From positions 141,228 through 205,227 of the IMG/VR virus record IMGVR_UViG_3300031576_000002: DNA of 64,000 nt; one strand, given 5' to 3'. The position numbers were made by a program, and so were the translations under genes. The notes under the pieces are model-generated. The model had not been told where the DNA came from, ran no database searches, and saw only the letters and a list, made by a program, of their open reading frames with translations. This document shows, piece by piece, positions 1-8,294 of the stretch (its first letter is position 1; each line of letters opens with the position of its first letter).

Positions 1-2396
1 CTTAAACTGTTGTACTCCTCTTCTATGTGCTCTACGACATCGTCGAGTCCTGGCGCCAAAGCTGCGGATGAGTCCAAGATAGCGTGAGCCGCTGTAAGCA
101 GCGGCGGAAGCGTGTCAAAGTGCTCGCATAGACTGCGCAGCTTCTCGTATTTCACGGGGAGTACATCGCCCAATTCCTCGTCTAGCTGTTCCAGCAGTGA
201 TTCGACAGCAAAATCATGAGCCAACCCTCTGAGCCAGTCGCCCTGGCTGTCGCGTATGAACTTTTCTAGGTCCTCGTCACTGGCATAGTCGCCAATAAAA
301 GCCGGCCATTCATTGCTGAATTCCTTGACCCAGTCAACATTGTAGCCTTTCGATAACCACTCCATCGTGCTGACAACGCCGTAATTAGCGATCTCCTCCT
401 GAAGCGACTCTCCTTCTAAAAAGTTAGCCTTCGCAGAAGGATCCAGTTTACCAAAAACTTTTTCTACGTCATCGGCGCTCACACGATTCTTAGCGAAGAG
501 GTACTCGTAGAATCCCTCTAGCGCTCTTGCGTCTTCGGCCAGACTGTTATTTTCCGCGTACGTCTTATAGTCAGACTCGTCCATGTCTTCTACACGGCTC
601 CGCACTTCCTGTTCAAAGTTGTCCTCTACAAGATCCTCGCTCGGATCCTCCATTCTGTACTTGCCCGGCTCTTCTTGGCAGAAAAGATCATAAAGATAGT
701 CGTGGACTTCCGCGACAAAAGCTTGCTGGCGACGAGTCTCTTCCTGCTGCAAGCGCTCCTGCTCCGCAGGATTAAGCGGAATCAGTTCCAGTTGCCGCGA
801 ATCCGTCGGTATAAGGGGCTCGTACACAGGCGGCTGAAGATCTTCCTGCCCAAGAATGCCAAGCGCTGTCTTCAAGCGACTGGCGCCTTTACGGGCGCCC
901 AAATCTTTCACCCACAAGTCCGCGTACACTTCCCCGTACAATTTGATCGGGTCTTCAATTTTCTTGAAGCCCTCTTCTGCGGGCAGCTTCTCGTAGAAGC
1001 GCTCCAGCGTCTCGTCTGATGCGCCGCCCCACCGATTCGCCTGGATCTCTGCATTCGTCCAGATCAGATAGCGAATGTTGTTACGCCGTGCAGCATCCTC
1101 CAAGTAATCAATAACCATATCGGTCCAGTCGGAGAATCGGTTAATCAGCGCATTTACAATCCGGTGGACTTTCTGCTTGCTCAGTTTGTAATCCACCGCC
1201 AACTTGCCAATCACTTCTTTATCGAGGTAGCGGTAGATGCTGCGCATGAAATCGCTTTGAATGTTCTCCACCACCCACGCCTTGCCAGATTCCCCCACGC
1301 TCGGAACAGCAATCCACTCGGGTTCACCATCGATGCGGATGTAGGCAATGGCTTCGCCGTAGTGACCTGGCAAACTTTGGCCGTACAGCTTTCGCGCCAG
1401 CACCCATCCCGGTTCGCCCGCAATCTGTTTTCCGTCTGCGACAACTGCATTCCAGATTTCATCGGTAGGGTAGAACGCAAACGTATAGGGCACGTCTGAT
1501 ATTGTAGCGCCCTTGTACTCCTTCTCGCCGCGCTCGACATGAAATGTCATCGGATCTAGGCGCGCTACCGCTTCCTGAAGCTCGGCTACGGTCGCCTCTG
1601 TTCCAATCCGTGCGATAATGTCGCGCCGGATGTAACCCGGCACGTTGCGGAGCAAAGCCTCGATGTCACTCTGGATGAGCTGTTCATCGGGAGTCCGGCC
1701 CTCAAGCTGCTTCTCTACTTCTTGCACACTACGCGGAAGGTGGTCGGCGCTACCGGCATGGTCAATGTCTATTTCTTCAATTCTTGCTTCTTCTGCCTCA
1801 TCGCGCTTCTCTTGCGCGATCTCCATGAAACGCTCAAGAGTGGGAATGCCGCGGTTGGAGTAGCCTTGCGCCAAATTCATTACCACCCCAGCATCTGCAC
1901 TGACTATCCAATTATGTTGACTATTAGCTAGAAACTCCTCTCCTAGTGCGTACATGGGATCAGCGTCCGGCCAGTCTACCCCGTTCCACCATTCCTCTTT
2001 CCACGCCCGCAAGCTATCAAATAGCAGGACGTCGATTTTCGCCTGATCCAGACTGGGCAGCACAACCTTCAAAGCTGCTTCAAGTTCATCGCCGTCAAAC
2101 TTACTGCTTACGGGGTCTGCCTCTTCAAGAGCATTCCCCGCTTCCTCGCCATGATCTTTTCGGACAATGTCTACCGCTGACGACCAAATATCTTTCCCGC
2201 CGTCAATGCTTGGACGGTCCTCATCATTCCAATACTCCCATACGTCAAACTCGACATCGGTGCGTCCTACGACTACATCAGGAACAAGGTAACGTCCGTA
2301 GCGAGCGTCCGCCCCATGGTCCAAGTTCCAGATCGCCTCGTGGGGGAAGAGTTCCTCGATCGCTGCTACAACGTCTTCGCTACGAATCCCAGGCAT
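1..2396 (-). CDS. Large acidic protein, partial (runs off left edge, ~798 aa visible); polyvalent/internal-virion-protein-like
   Basis: Read manually (absent from ORF track because no stop in window): open from ATG 2396 (MPGIRSEDVVAAIEELF...) to base 3; contains WVVENIQSDF, like the E-I-Q-S-D motif of large phage polyvalent proteins; D/E-rich. Confidence 0.8.
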   Translation of the reverse strand, partial: MPGIRSEDVVAAIEELFPHEAIWNLDHGADARYGRYLVPDVVVGRTDVEFDVWEYWNDEDRPSIDGGKDIWSSAVDIVRKDHGEEAGNALEEADPVSSKFDGDELEAALKVVLPSLDQAKIDVLLFDSLRAWKEEWWNGVDWPDADPMYALGEEFLANSQHNWIVSADAGVVMNLAQGYSNRGIPTLERFMEIAQEKRDEAEEARIEEIDIDHAGSADHLPRSVQEVEKQLEGRTPDEQLIQSDIEALLRNVPGYIRRDIIARIGTEATVAELQEAVARLDPMTFHVERGEKEYKGATISDVPYTFAFYPTDEIWNAVVADGKQIAGEPGWVLARKLYGQSLPGHYGEAIAYIRIDGEPEWIAVPSVGESGKAWVVENIQSDFMRSIYRYLDKEVIGKLAVDYKLSKQKVHRIVNALINRFSDWTDMVIDYLEDAARRNNIRYLIWTNAEIQANRWGGASDETLERFYEKLPAEEGFKKIEDPIKLYGEVYADLWVKDLGARKGASRLKTALGILGQEDLQPPVYEPLIPTDSRQLELIPLNPAEQERLQQEETRRQQAFVAEVHDYLYDLFCQEEPGKYRMEDPSEDLVEDNFEQEVRSRVEDMDESDYKTYAENNSLAEDARALEGFYEYLFAKNRVSADDVEKVFGKLDPSAKANFLEGESLQEEIANYGVVSTMEWLSKGYNVDWVKEFSNEWPAFIGDYASDEDLEKFIRDSQGDWLRGLAHDFAVESLLEQLDEELGDVLPVKYEKLRSLCEHFDTLPPLLTAAHAILDSSAALAPGLDDVVEHIEEEYNSL

Positions 2397-2468
2397 TGGA
2401 CCCTCGACGCAAAAAATCGGACACGGCATCTGCCGCATCCGAGGCTACAGGACCGCAACTGAAAAGCG

Positions 2469-3176
2469 CTAAGTCGGGTTGGACTCGAAGGGAGCTTCTT
2501 CGGTCTCGGCTGCGTGAACAGCCTGCTGGAGCCTCTGAAGCAGGGTCGAGCCATTCGGCAACTTCTGGAGAACAGCTTCTACTTCTCGACGTAGATCCGA
2601 ATTCGGCTGGCGTAGCTCTGGATTGTGCAGGATCAACTGGATGGCGTCGGCCTGGTCCTTGACCCTCTTCGAGTCAAGCTTATAGCCCAGCAAGAGCCCC
2701 AGAGAGGGCACGAGAAGCTCCGTACCATGCACGGCCGTACGCGCGGACTCACCGCTCATCGCTGCATCGAGCTTGTCAGGATGGAACACCACTAGCTCGA
2801 TTACAACGCCTTCCTTGGCGTGCCGCAACTTCACGGGATCCAGGTTACCGCCCTCCCCCGTGACTCGGTCGAACCCGTACTTCTTGGAGAGCGCCATGAT
2901 TGGAGTGAGCGCGTTGTAGTCCACGGCAAAGTCAATATCCTTCGTCGCTCGCGTATAGTTGTAGACGTGCAGCGCATTGGATCCGATCAAGACGAACTCA
3001 ACTCCGGCAGCGTTCAAGAGTTTGACGGCATCCTTCATCGCTGCTGCGAAGTTGCCGCCCGCTCGGATATGGAGTCGTTGGAAAGACTCGCGGAGAAAGG
3101 TCGAGTTGAGCGCCATCACCTCATCGAGAGAGGCGGTGGGTGCCAAGCGATTCGCCAAGTTCTTGAGCCGTTCCAT
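2469..3176 (-). CDS. Nucleotidyltransferase (pol-beta superfamily, DUF6036/AbiEii-like)
   Basis: FVLIGSNALHVYNYTRATKDIDF = hhG[GS]xA...RxTxDhD signature; C-terminal K...RxKDxxD. Confidence 0.8.
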   Translation of the reverse strand: MERLKNLANRLAPTASLDEVMALNSTFLRESFQRLHIRAGGNFAAAMKDAVKLLNAAGVEFVLIGSNALHVYNYTRATKDIDFAVDYNALTPIMALSKKYGFDRVTGEGGNLDPVKLRHAKEGVVIELVVFHPDKLDAAMSGESARTAVHGTELLVPSLGLLLGYKLDSKRVKDQADAIQLILHNPELRQPNSDLRREVEAVLQKLPNGSTLLQRLQQAVHAAETEEAPFESNPT

Positions 3177-3218
3177 AGCGTGCAGTCTAGCAGAGCTTGC
3201 CCAAAAACGTCTCCGGCC

Positions 3219-3629
3219 TTACCGTTCCCGCACAGAGGTCAGGTCAACGATTTCGGCCTGTCCAAACCCCGCTCTCACCATCCACGGCTTTGGCCTTGTC
3301 CAAAGGCTGAACCGGATGATTACATCTGAAATGCGCTTGGCTGCCTTCTTAGAATCTGCCAGGATCCGCTGATCTACCACAATAACACCCAACTCATACT
3401 CCATTGCAAGAAACACGAAATCCCCTGCATTAGAAGTAATCACGATCTCCCCAGCAGCGACCGTCTTCGCGATCTGAGGATCCTTCATTCCCCCCGGTAC
3501 AGCCTTGACGGTGATGTTCACGGCCTGCAAGCTGTCCAGAATAGAAGAGACGTCTTCATCCAGGACCACACGGCCTAGGGCCATGCCGGCTCTATCAAGC
3601 ACCGCCTGAACTTTGCGAAGACGTTTCAT
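3219..3629 (-). CDS. PIN-like domain protein (DUF5615/VapC45-like)
   Basis: VVLDEDV...KDPQIA...IVITSNAGDF acidic motifs; start moved to ATG 3629 because the longer start lies within the structured RNA. Confidence 0.75.
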   Translation of the reverse strand: MKRLRKVQAVLDRAGMALGRVVLDEDVSSILDSLQAVNITVKAVPGGMKDPQIAKTVAAGEIVITSNAGDFVFLAMEYELGVIVVDQRILADSKKAAKRISDVIIRFSLWTRPKPWMVRAGFGQAEIVDLTSVRER

Positions 3630-3679
3630 CGCGATCTCAGAGATAGGCTTGGTGAGGTAGGCTAGAAGATAGTGCAAAG

Positions 3680-3800
3680 AGGGCGGCAGCATGCCACTTT
3701 CGTAGGCCCGGCTCCGCACCGGATCTACAGGAGTGTGTGGCTACATCCCGCTGCGCAGGCGCCAGGGCTTCCCAGTCCCCCGGGCACTTACTGCCGCCCT
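3680..3800 (-). ncRNA. Candidate 121-nt structured non-coding RNA (three-way junction, 5S-rRNA-like)
   Basis: 12-bp terminal stem AGGGCGGCAGUA/UGCUGCCGCCCU; arms CCCG/CGGG and GCCAC/GUGGC-UGUAG/CUACG-UCCGG/CCGGG; begins just after a TATAGT -10 box. Confidence 0.6.
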
Positions 3801-3803
3801 TCT

Positions 3804-3833
3804 ACTATACCCCTCAGAATCACGATTACGCGC
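3804..3833 (-). promoter_or_regulatory. Phage promoter GCGCGTAA-N16-TATAGT driving the ncRNA
   Basis: Matches the motif recurring across the window. Confidence 0.6.
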
Positions 3834-3951
3834 GGGCAGCCTCTACGGCCTCACCAGAAGCAACGATCTGCGTAGACTTGCGTCGAACCCTTTTTAGCGC
3901 CTCGACTTGAAGTTCGAGCGGCTGCCCGGCAGCATCGCAACCCTAACTTCT

Positions 3952-4575
3952 CTACGGCCCCAAAAGACGAATTGCTCTTCTGAGGTAGCCTGCTTGTACC
4001 GGCCCGTGCTCGCAATCATTCAGGCTCGGCCGCAAGCGGTGGTAGTAGTTCATGCGAATGGCCCAGTCCATCACACTCTTGACTCTGGACGGCTCAGGCG
4101 ACTCGCCAGGATCTCCCGTGCAGATGTAGCCTTGCAGATTGTCCTCGACGTCAAACACCTTGATTCCGTGCCCGCCCTCCCAGACAAGCCGGTGCCCGGT
4201 CTTCGGATCCTCGTCCTCGATGAGCGGCTCGACTTTGCCGTACTCACCCACGTTCGCGGGATCCGTTTCATCCCACCAGTGCGCGAGCAGATGCTTCAAC
4301 CGCGACTCTCGCCGGTGAGGCCGAATCCTTGAAGTCGTGTCCATGTAGCCAAGCCTCCGGTAGTCGAACCCTGGCAGAATAGCAATCTTCTGCTCCGGGA
4401 AATATCCACGCCTTTCCGTTACCGCGGACTGCCCCACGACCTCCGTAAACAGCGCTGGCAGCGCGGCAGGAGGAACCGTCGCAGCATGCCGGTTGTAGGC
4501 TGCGACTTCTCCACGCCCTGAGAAATCAAAGGATCCGGCTAGATGTGCAAGGATGTCATGCACGCCGTTTATCAT
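3952..4575 (-). CDS. C-terminal half of a split conserved phage protein (VHDxxxH...GExxAY...ALFTExxGQ)
   Basis: Continues the NLHFRG motif of 5067-5468; own ATG overlaps the HNH gene end. Confidence 0.75.
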   Translation of the reverse strand: MINGVHDILAHLAGSFDFSGRGEVAAYNRHAATVPPAALPALFTEVVGQSAVTERRGYFPEQKIAILPGFDYRRLGYMDTTSRIRPHRRESRLKHLLAHWWDETDPANVGEYGKVEPLIEDEDPKTGHRLVWEGGHGIKVFDVEDNLQGYICTGDPGESPEPSRVKSVMDWAIRMNYYHRLRPSLNDCEHGPVQAGYLRRAIRLLGP

Positions 4576-5089
4576 GAGGGCAGTAACCGTACAAACCGAG
4601 ACTCATATTGCAATTACAGCACAAAACCCGGTAACCCTCCGGATAGCCCTCTATTCTAAGCTCGTGAAATATCTCGCCCCTGTACCGAGATTTAGCTCTA
4701 TGCTGCCCACCCCCTCCACGGACGTGATCTAAGCACAAAAATTCGAGTAGCTCTTCCCCGCAGCATGCGCAGGCAGGGTGATCCAGCTTGCTGTAATGGC
4801 ATAGAGCTTCGTAGCGCTTGCTTCGCCGCCACTGCTTCAAATAAATTCGTCTCCTCTCCCGGAAAACAGGATCCTTTCCCCGTCGCCTGCTGTACTCTCG
4901 GAACTTCTCGGGACTAGCTTTGAAATACTCACGCGCCTGCCCCAAGACCTTCGCTCGAAACTCGGGCTCTTCGTGATACCGTTTGCGCTTGGCGGCAAGC
5001 ATGCACGCCTTGCACTTCCCGTAGGTACGGTAAAATTCTCTGCGTAGCTTAGCCGTCCCGCACCGATTACATATCTTTAGAGTGTCCAT
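4556..5089 (-). CDS. HNH (endonuclease VII-like) homing endonuclease
   Basis: N-terminal CxxC..CxxC; CACCG...LCLDHV...VLCCNCN...YGYCPH nuclease motif. Confidence 0.85.
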   Translation of the reverse strand: MDTLKICNRCGTAKLRREFYRTYGKCKACMLAAKRKRYHEEPEFRAKVLGQAREYFKASPEKFREYSRRRGKDPVFRERRRIYLKQWRRSKRYEALCHYSKLDHPACACCGEELLEFLCLDHVRGGGGQHRAKSRYRGEIFHELRIEGYPEGYRVLCCNCNMSLGLYGYCPHDKRRA

Positions 5090-5468
5090 GCACGTAGCAT
5101 AACATGAAAATACCCCGAAAGTGAAGGTTCTGATCTTGGGTAAAGAAAGGGTGCTCCGGACCTCCGGTGAATACCTTGAGCCGGTTGTTCTGCGTTACGT
5201 CCTCGACCATCTCCTCCGCATTGGCGTAAGGATTCTCGTCCACATACTCCACTTCAAACTTAGAAGTAATCCTGCGGAAAAGCTTGTCAAGATGAGCTAC
5301 GAGTGCTTGGTAGGACGGCACCGCAGACGCATCGTGAGCAGGCGCTTTCTCGTAAGCAGTAGCAACGGCTTCGAGGTATTCATCCCAGTCCACTGGCATC
5401 AACTTGGCCAAACGCTCAAGTAACTGCGCGTTTTTCTCTGGCGCAGGTGTATAGTAGTCAGCATGCAT
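5067..5468 (-). CDS. N-terminal half of the split protein (NPY...HP...NxxFRG)
   Basis: Conserved-looking part ends at FRG where the HNH insert begins; ATG lies inside the TIR of cassette 1. Confidence 0.75.
   Translation of the reverse strand: MHADYYTPAPEKNAQLLERLAKLMPVDWDEYLEAVATAYEKAPAHDASAVPSYQALVAHLDKLFRRITSKFEVEYVDENPYANAEEMVEDVTQNNRLKVFTGGPEHPFFTQDQNLHFRGIFMLCYVHGHSKDM
5426..5455 (+). promoter_or_regulatory. Phage promoter GCGCGTTT-N16-TATAGT, separated from the gene at 6712 by the cassette
   Basis: Motif match; TSD of cassette 1 overlaps the -10 box. Confidence 0.45.
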
Positions 5469-6687
5469 GACTGCTTAAGCCGCCACTTGCATAGCAGGTA
5501 AGCAGCCTTCTCGTTTCACAGAGGAACTTACAAGCGTATCCTCTCCACGAAGGGATAGCAGAGCCCGGTTTAAGACGTTTTTAGCCGCGTTGACATCTCT
5601 ATCAAGGACCAAGCCACAAGCAGAGCAGATATGGACTCTTTCACTCAAACTCTTCTTCACAGTCATTCCACATCCGCTGCACTCTTGGCTGGTGCCTCTG
5701 GGATTGACTTTTACCACTATCCTACCAGCTTCTTCCGCTTTGTAGGACAGCATGTGGAGCAACATCCCCATTCCAACATCTTTGAAGCTACGCCTGAATC
5801 CACGGCTGAGACCCTGGCTCATACCTTTCAGGTTCAAGTCTTCCACCGCAATCAGATCATACTCTTTGACCAAAGACTTAGACACTCCATCAAGAATATG
5901 CTTCCGAGTTCTTGTAACTTTCTGCCAAGCCTTAGCCAGTACCTTGACGGCTTTCCTTCTACGCTTAGATCCCTTCTGTCTCCTGGATACCGTTCTTTGA
6001 GCATGCTTGAGCTTCTTCTCGTTCTTGGCGTAAACACGTTGCCGCTCAATCAAGATGCCGTCTGAGGTAGCGACTAGAGCTTGCATGCCTAGATCAATGC
6101 CAATGACTTTGCCAGTCTTGAGAAGAGGAGCTGGAAGCGGTAGCTCACAGGATAAGACGGCGTACCAGCCGTCAGCTTCTCTTTTGACTGTGACCTCTTT
6201 AACCTTGGCATCAGGCGGAAGCTCCCGATAAGGATTCCAGCGGAAGTGTCCCAGCTTGGAAAGATGTAGCTTTTTGCTGTCAAACTTGAAACCTGACTGA
6301 TTGTATGTGAAGGAGTCGTACCGATCCCTACTCTTGAATCTGGGAAAGCCTGGCTTCTCTCCACGCTTGACTCTTCTGAAGAAAGCCTTGTACGTTTTGT
6401 CCAGTTTTTGAAGGACTGGGTGAAGAACTCTTGAATAGATCGTGTCATAGCCTTCTACCTGCTTTGAAACATACTTAAGCTCTAGGCACTGATCGTAGAA
6501 GCTGAGAGTTCTATTATGCTGCTTCCACTCCAGGATTCGTTGTTCCAAAGCACAGTTGTAGAGGAAGCGGCAGAAATCCAGAAGCCGCTGGAGATTGATC
6601 TCCTGGGCCTTGGTAGGTTGGAGGCGGAACTTGTAGGAACGGCGCACGGCTAGAGTGTATCACAAGGGAGTTAAGGAATCACGCATG
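5462..6687 (-). mobile_element. TIR-bounded tnpB cassette 1 (1226 bp, no transposase)
   Basis: Ends CATGCATGACTGCTTAA / rc CATGCGTGATTCCTTAA; flanking repeats TAGTAGTCAG (5452-5461) / TAGTAGTTAG (6688-6697). Confidence 0.85.
5475..6647 (-). CDS. tnpB: TnpB RNA-guided endonuclease, 390 aa
   Basis: YKFRLQPT...R.LYN.AL; RuvC GIDLG, AVEDL, DRDVNAAKN; Zn ribbon CSGCG/CSACG. Confidence 0.97.
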   Translation of the reverse strand: MRRSYKFRLQPTKAQEINLQRLLDFCRFLYNCALEQRILEWKQHNRTLSFYDQCLELKYVSKQVEGYDTIYSRVLHPVLQKLDKTYKAFFRRVKRGEKPGFPRFKSRDRYDSFTYNQSGFKFDSKKLHLSKLGHFRWNPYRELPPDAKVKEVTVKREADGWYAVLSCELPLPAPLLKTGKVIGIDLGMQALVATSDGILIERQRVYAKNEKKLKHAQRTVSRRQKGSKRRRKAVKVLAKAWQKVTRTRKHILDGVSKSLVKEYDLIAVEDLNLKGMSQGLSRGFRRSFKDVGMGMLLHMLSYKAEEAGRIVVKVNPRGTSQECSGCGMTVKKSLSERVHICSACGLVLDRDVNAAKNVLNRALLSLRGEDTLVSSSVKREGCLPAMQVAA

Positions 6688-6711
6688 TAGTAGTTAGTGA
6701 AGGGCTCGGCC

Positions 6712-7179
6712 ATGAGTCAACCAGTAAAAAAAATCTCACACCGCTTCACTTGGAGCGACATCATCCGGGAGTCGGCATGGGCACAGTGGATTCGTATGAC
6801 TCGGCCGCCAGGCTCGCGAATAACGCATACTCCGTGGGGGTGCATCCTCTCCGACATTCCTTCTGCCCAGCAGAAAATTGAAGCTCGAAAACTGCGCCGG
6901 GCTTACGAGTCTTGGATCGCCCAGGATGAAGAGCGTGCTCGTGACGCAGAGTTGTTCCGATTCTGGACCGCCGTGTTCCCTCCGCATCGCTTGCTCGTAG
7001 AGGTCACCGAAGCTTACGCGGCCGGCTTGCCGTACAAGAATATCCTCCGCGAGTACCGGCTACGGTTCAAAGTTCAGCCTCTCGGCTGGGCAAAGTGGGA
7101 AGCATTTGTTCGAGATCCGGAATCCGGCGGCGGAGTTCTCGTTCCATTCCGGGGTAGCCAAGAAGGAACGTCACGATAG
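6712..7179 (+). CDS. Hypothetical protein (rare plus-strand gene)
   Basis: Protein-like composition; fills a gap in minus-strand coding; downstream of a + strand promoter in the reconstructed empty site. Confidence 0.55.
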   Translation: MSQPVKKISHRFTWSDIIRESAWAQWIRMTRPPGSRITHTPWGCILSDIPSAQQKIEARKLRRAYESWIAQDEERARDAELFRFWTAVFPPHRLLVEVTEAYAAGLPYKNILREYRLRFKVQPLGWAKWEAFVRDPESGGGVLVPFRGSQEGTSR

Positions 7180-8272
7180 CGTCTGGACTCTGAAGTACCA
7201 CGTCTCTCCAAGAGAGCGGGTACTTGGAGTAGGTGAGCTTGATCCCCAGCTCTTCAAAGTTCAATCCAAGCGCTGGACCGAATTTACGAAACCGGGAAGG
7301 AAACTTTCCTATCTCCTCTTCAGGGATGTGCCCTTTGACGTCAAAAGCGAGCGATACGATCACTTCGCTATCCCTGAGACGGTACATGCCCACGGGTCCG
7401 CCAGAGGGCTTGAAAATGATGGATTCTTGATCGAACCAGTTTCCCAGCTCCACCGCATCACGCCACTCCACCCCTTCTACTAGAATCGACCGCTCCCGCT
7501 CAGCGTAGAATCCGTAGACTGGCGTCCAGGAGTACCCTCGACGTTCAAGCTCTGAAGTCAACTCTCCGTGGCGACGCCGGTTCTCGGCCCTCGACCTGTT
7601 TTCCTTTTCAGTGCGCTCCTCGATCTCCCGATCCCGCCAACGGATCCTCTCCGGTCGCGGAGAGGTCTGAAACTCCTTCTCTCGGTCACGCTGTCTCTCC
7701 CACTGTTCCGGTACCTTTGGATCGAACTTCACGGCTCTGGGGTCGGGGCGGTAAGCAGACAGAACCGTGTAGGCTGCGCCCGGCCGCTGAAGGTACTCCA
7801 GATCCGTCACGCTAATCCCCAGCAAAGCTATCGCCCGTCCGAGAATGCCGGCCTGCACCTTGGGCACGTTAGACCGCCATCCCGATCCGGGCGGCTTCTC
7901 GCGCGGATCTTTGCTGACAACCATCTCCTCCCAGAATTCCCTTACGCCAGGGCCTAGCAGTTGCCGCATCGGTCGCACGGCTTCCATGGGAACGGTTGGA
8001 TAGATGCCGTCCCCACCAAGCTGACCGCTGAGAAGATCAACTTCGACTCCACCCGGCAATAGATTCCAGTTGTGGACTTGCCCGTCTGGGAGACGGCCAT
8101 AGGCGATCTTGCCGCCTAGCTCTTGCTGCACGGCAAAGGCCACAGCAAGCGAATCCTTGGCCGTCGCTCCTTGGCTGTGAACGAGGCGCTGTACCTCTTG
8201 AAGTAGCGGCACAAAGTCGGCTGGAACTTCTCGCCCCTGCCCCAGCAGACTCAGAGCCCTGGCAAGAATCAT
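7067..8272 (-). CDS. Two-domain protein with C-terminal DUF3293-like domain
   Basis: VLSAYRP...ENRRRHGEL...L...GY...YGFY..ERSILV...AVELG..FDQESII. Confidence 0.65.
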   Translation of the reverse strand: MILARALSLLGQGREVPADFVPLLQEVQRLVHSQGATAKDSLAVAFAVQQELGGKIAYGRLPDGQVHNWNLLPGGVEVDLLSGQLGGDGIYPTVPMEAVRPMRQLLGPGVREFWEEMVVSKDPREKPPGSGWRSNVPKVQAGILGRAIALLGISVTDLEYLQRPGAAYTVLSAYRPDPRAVKFDPKVPEQWERQRDREKEFQTSPRPERIRWRDREIEERTEKENRSRAENRRRHGELTSELERRGYSWTPVYGFYAERERSILVEGVEWRDAVELGNWFDQESIIFKPSGGPVGMYRLRDSEVIVSLAFDVKGHIPEEEIGKFPSRFRKFGPALGLNFEELGIKLTYSKYPLSWRDVVLQSPDAIVTFLLGYPGMERELRRRIPDLEQMLPTLPSREAEL

Positions 8273-8294
8273 CACGTCTCCCGAAAAGCCACGC

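Noticed and set aside
3680-3800. Bona fide 5S rRNA, cobalamin riboswitch or self-cleaving ribozyme
   Set aside because: Lacks the CCGAAC loop, the full cobalamin-riboswitch core and hammerhead/twister catalytic consensus; kept only as an unclassified ncRNA
3826-3954. Open frame continuing after TAG-AGA-AGT-TAG, suggesting stop-codon recoding
   Set aside because: Isolated case; many genes end in TAG or TGA abutting the next start and conserved enzymes are uninterrupted, so the standard code fits
4565-5112. Group I intron around the HNH gene (a U|...G| junction giving FRGIHD is formally possible)
   Set aside because: Insert is almost entirely HNH coding; no recognisable P3-P7 core or non-coding space
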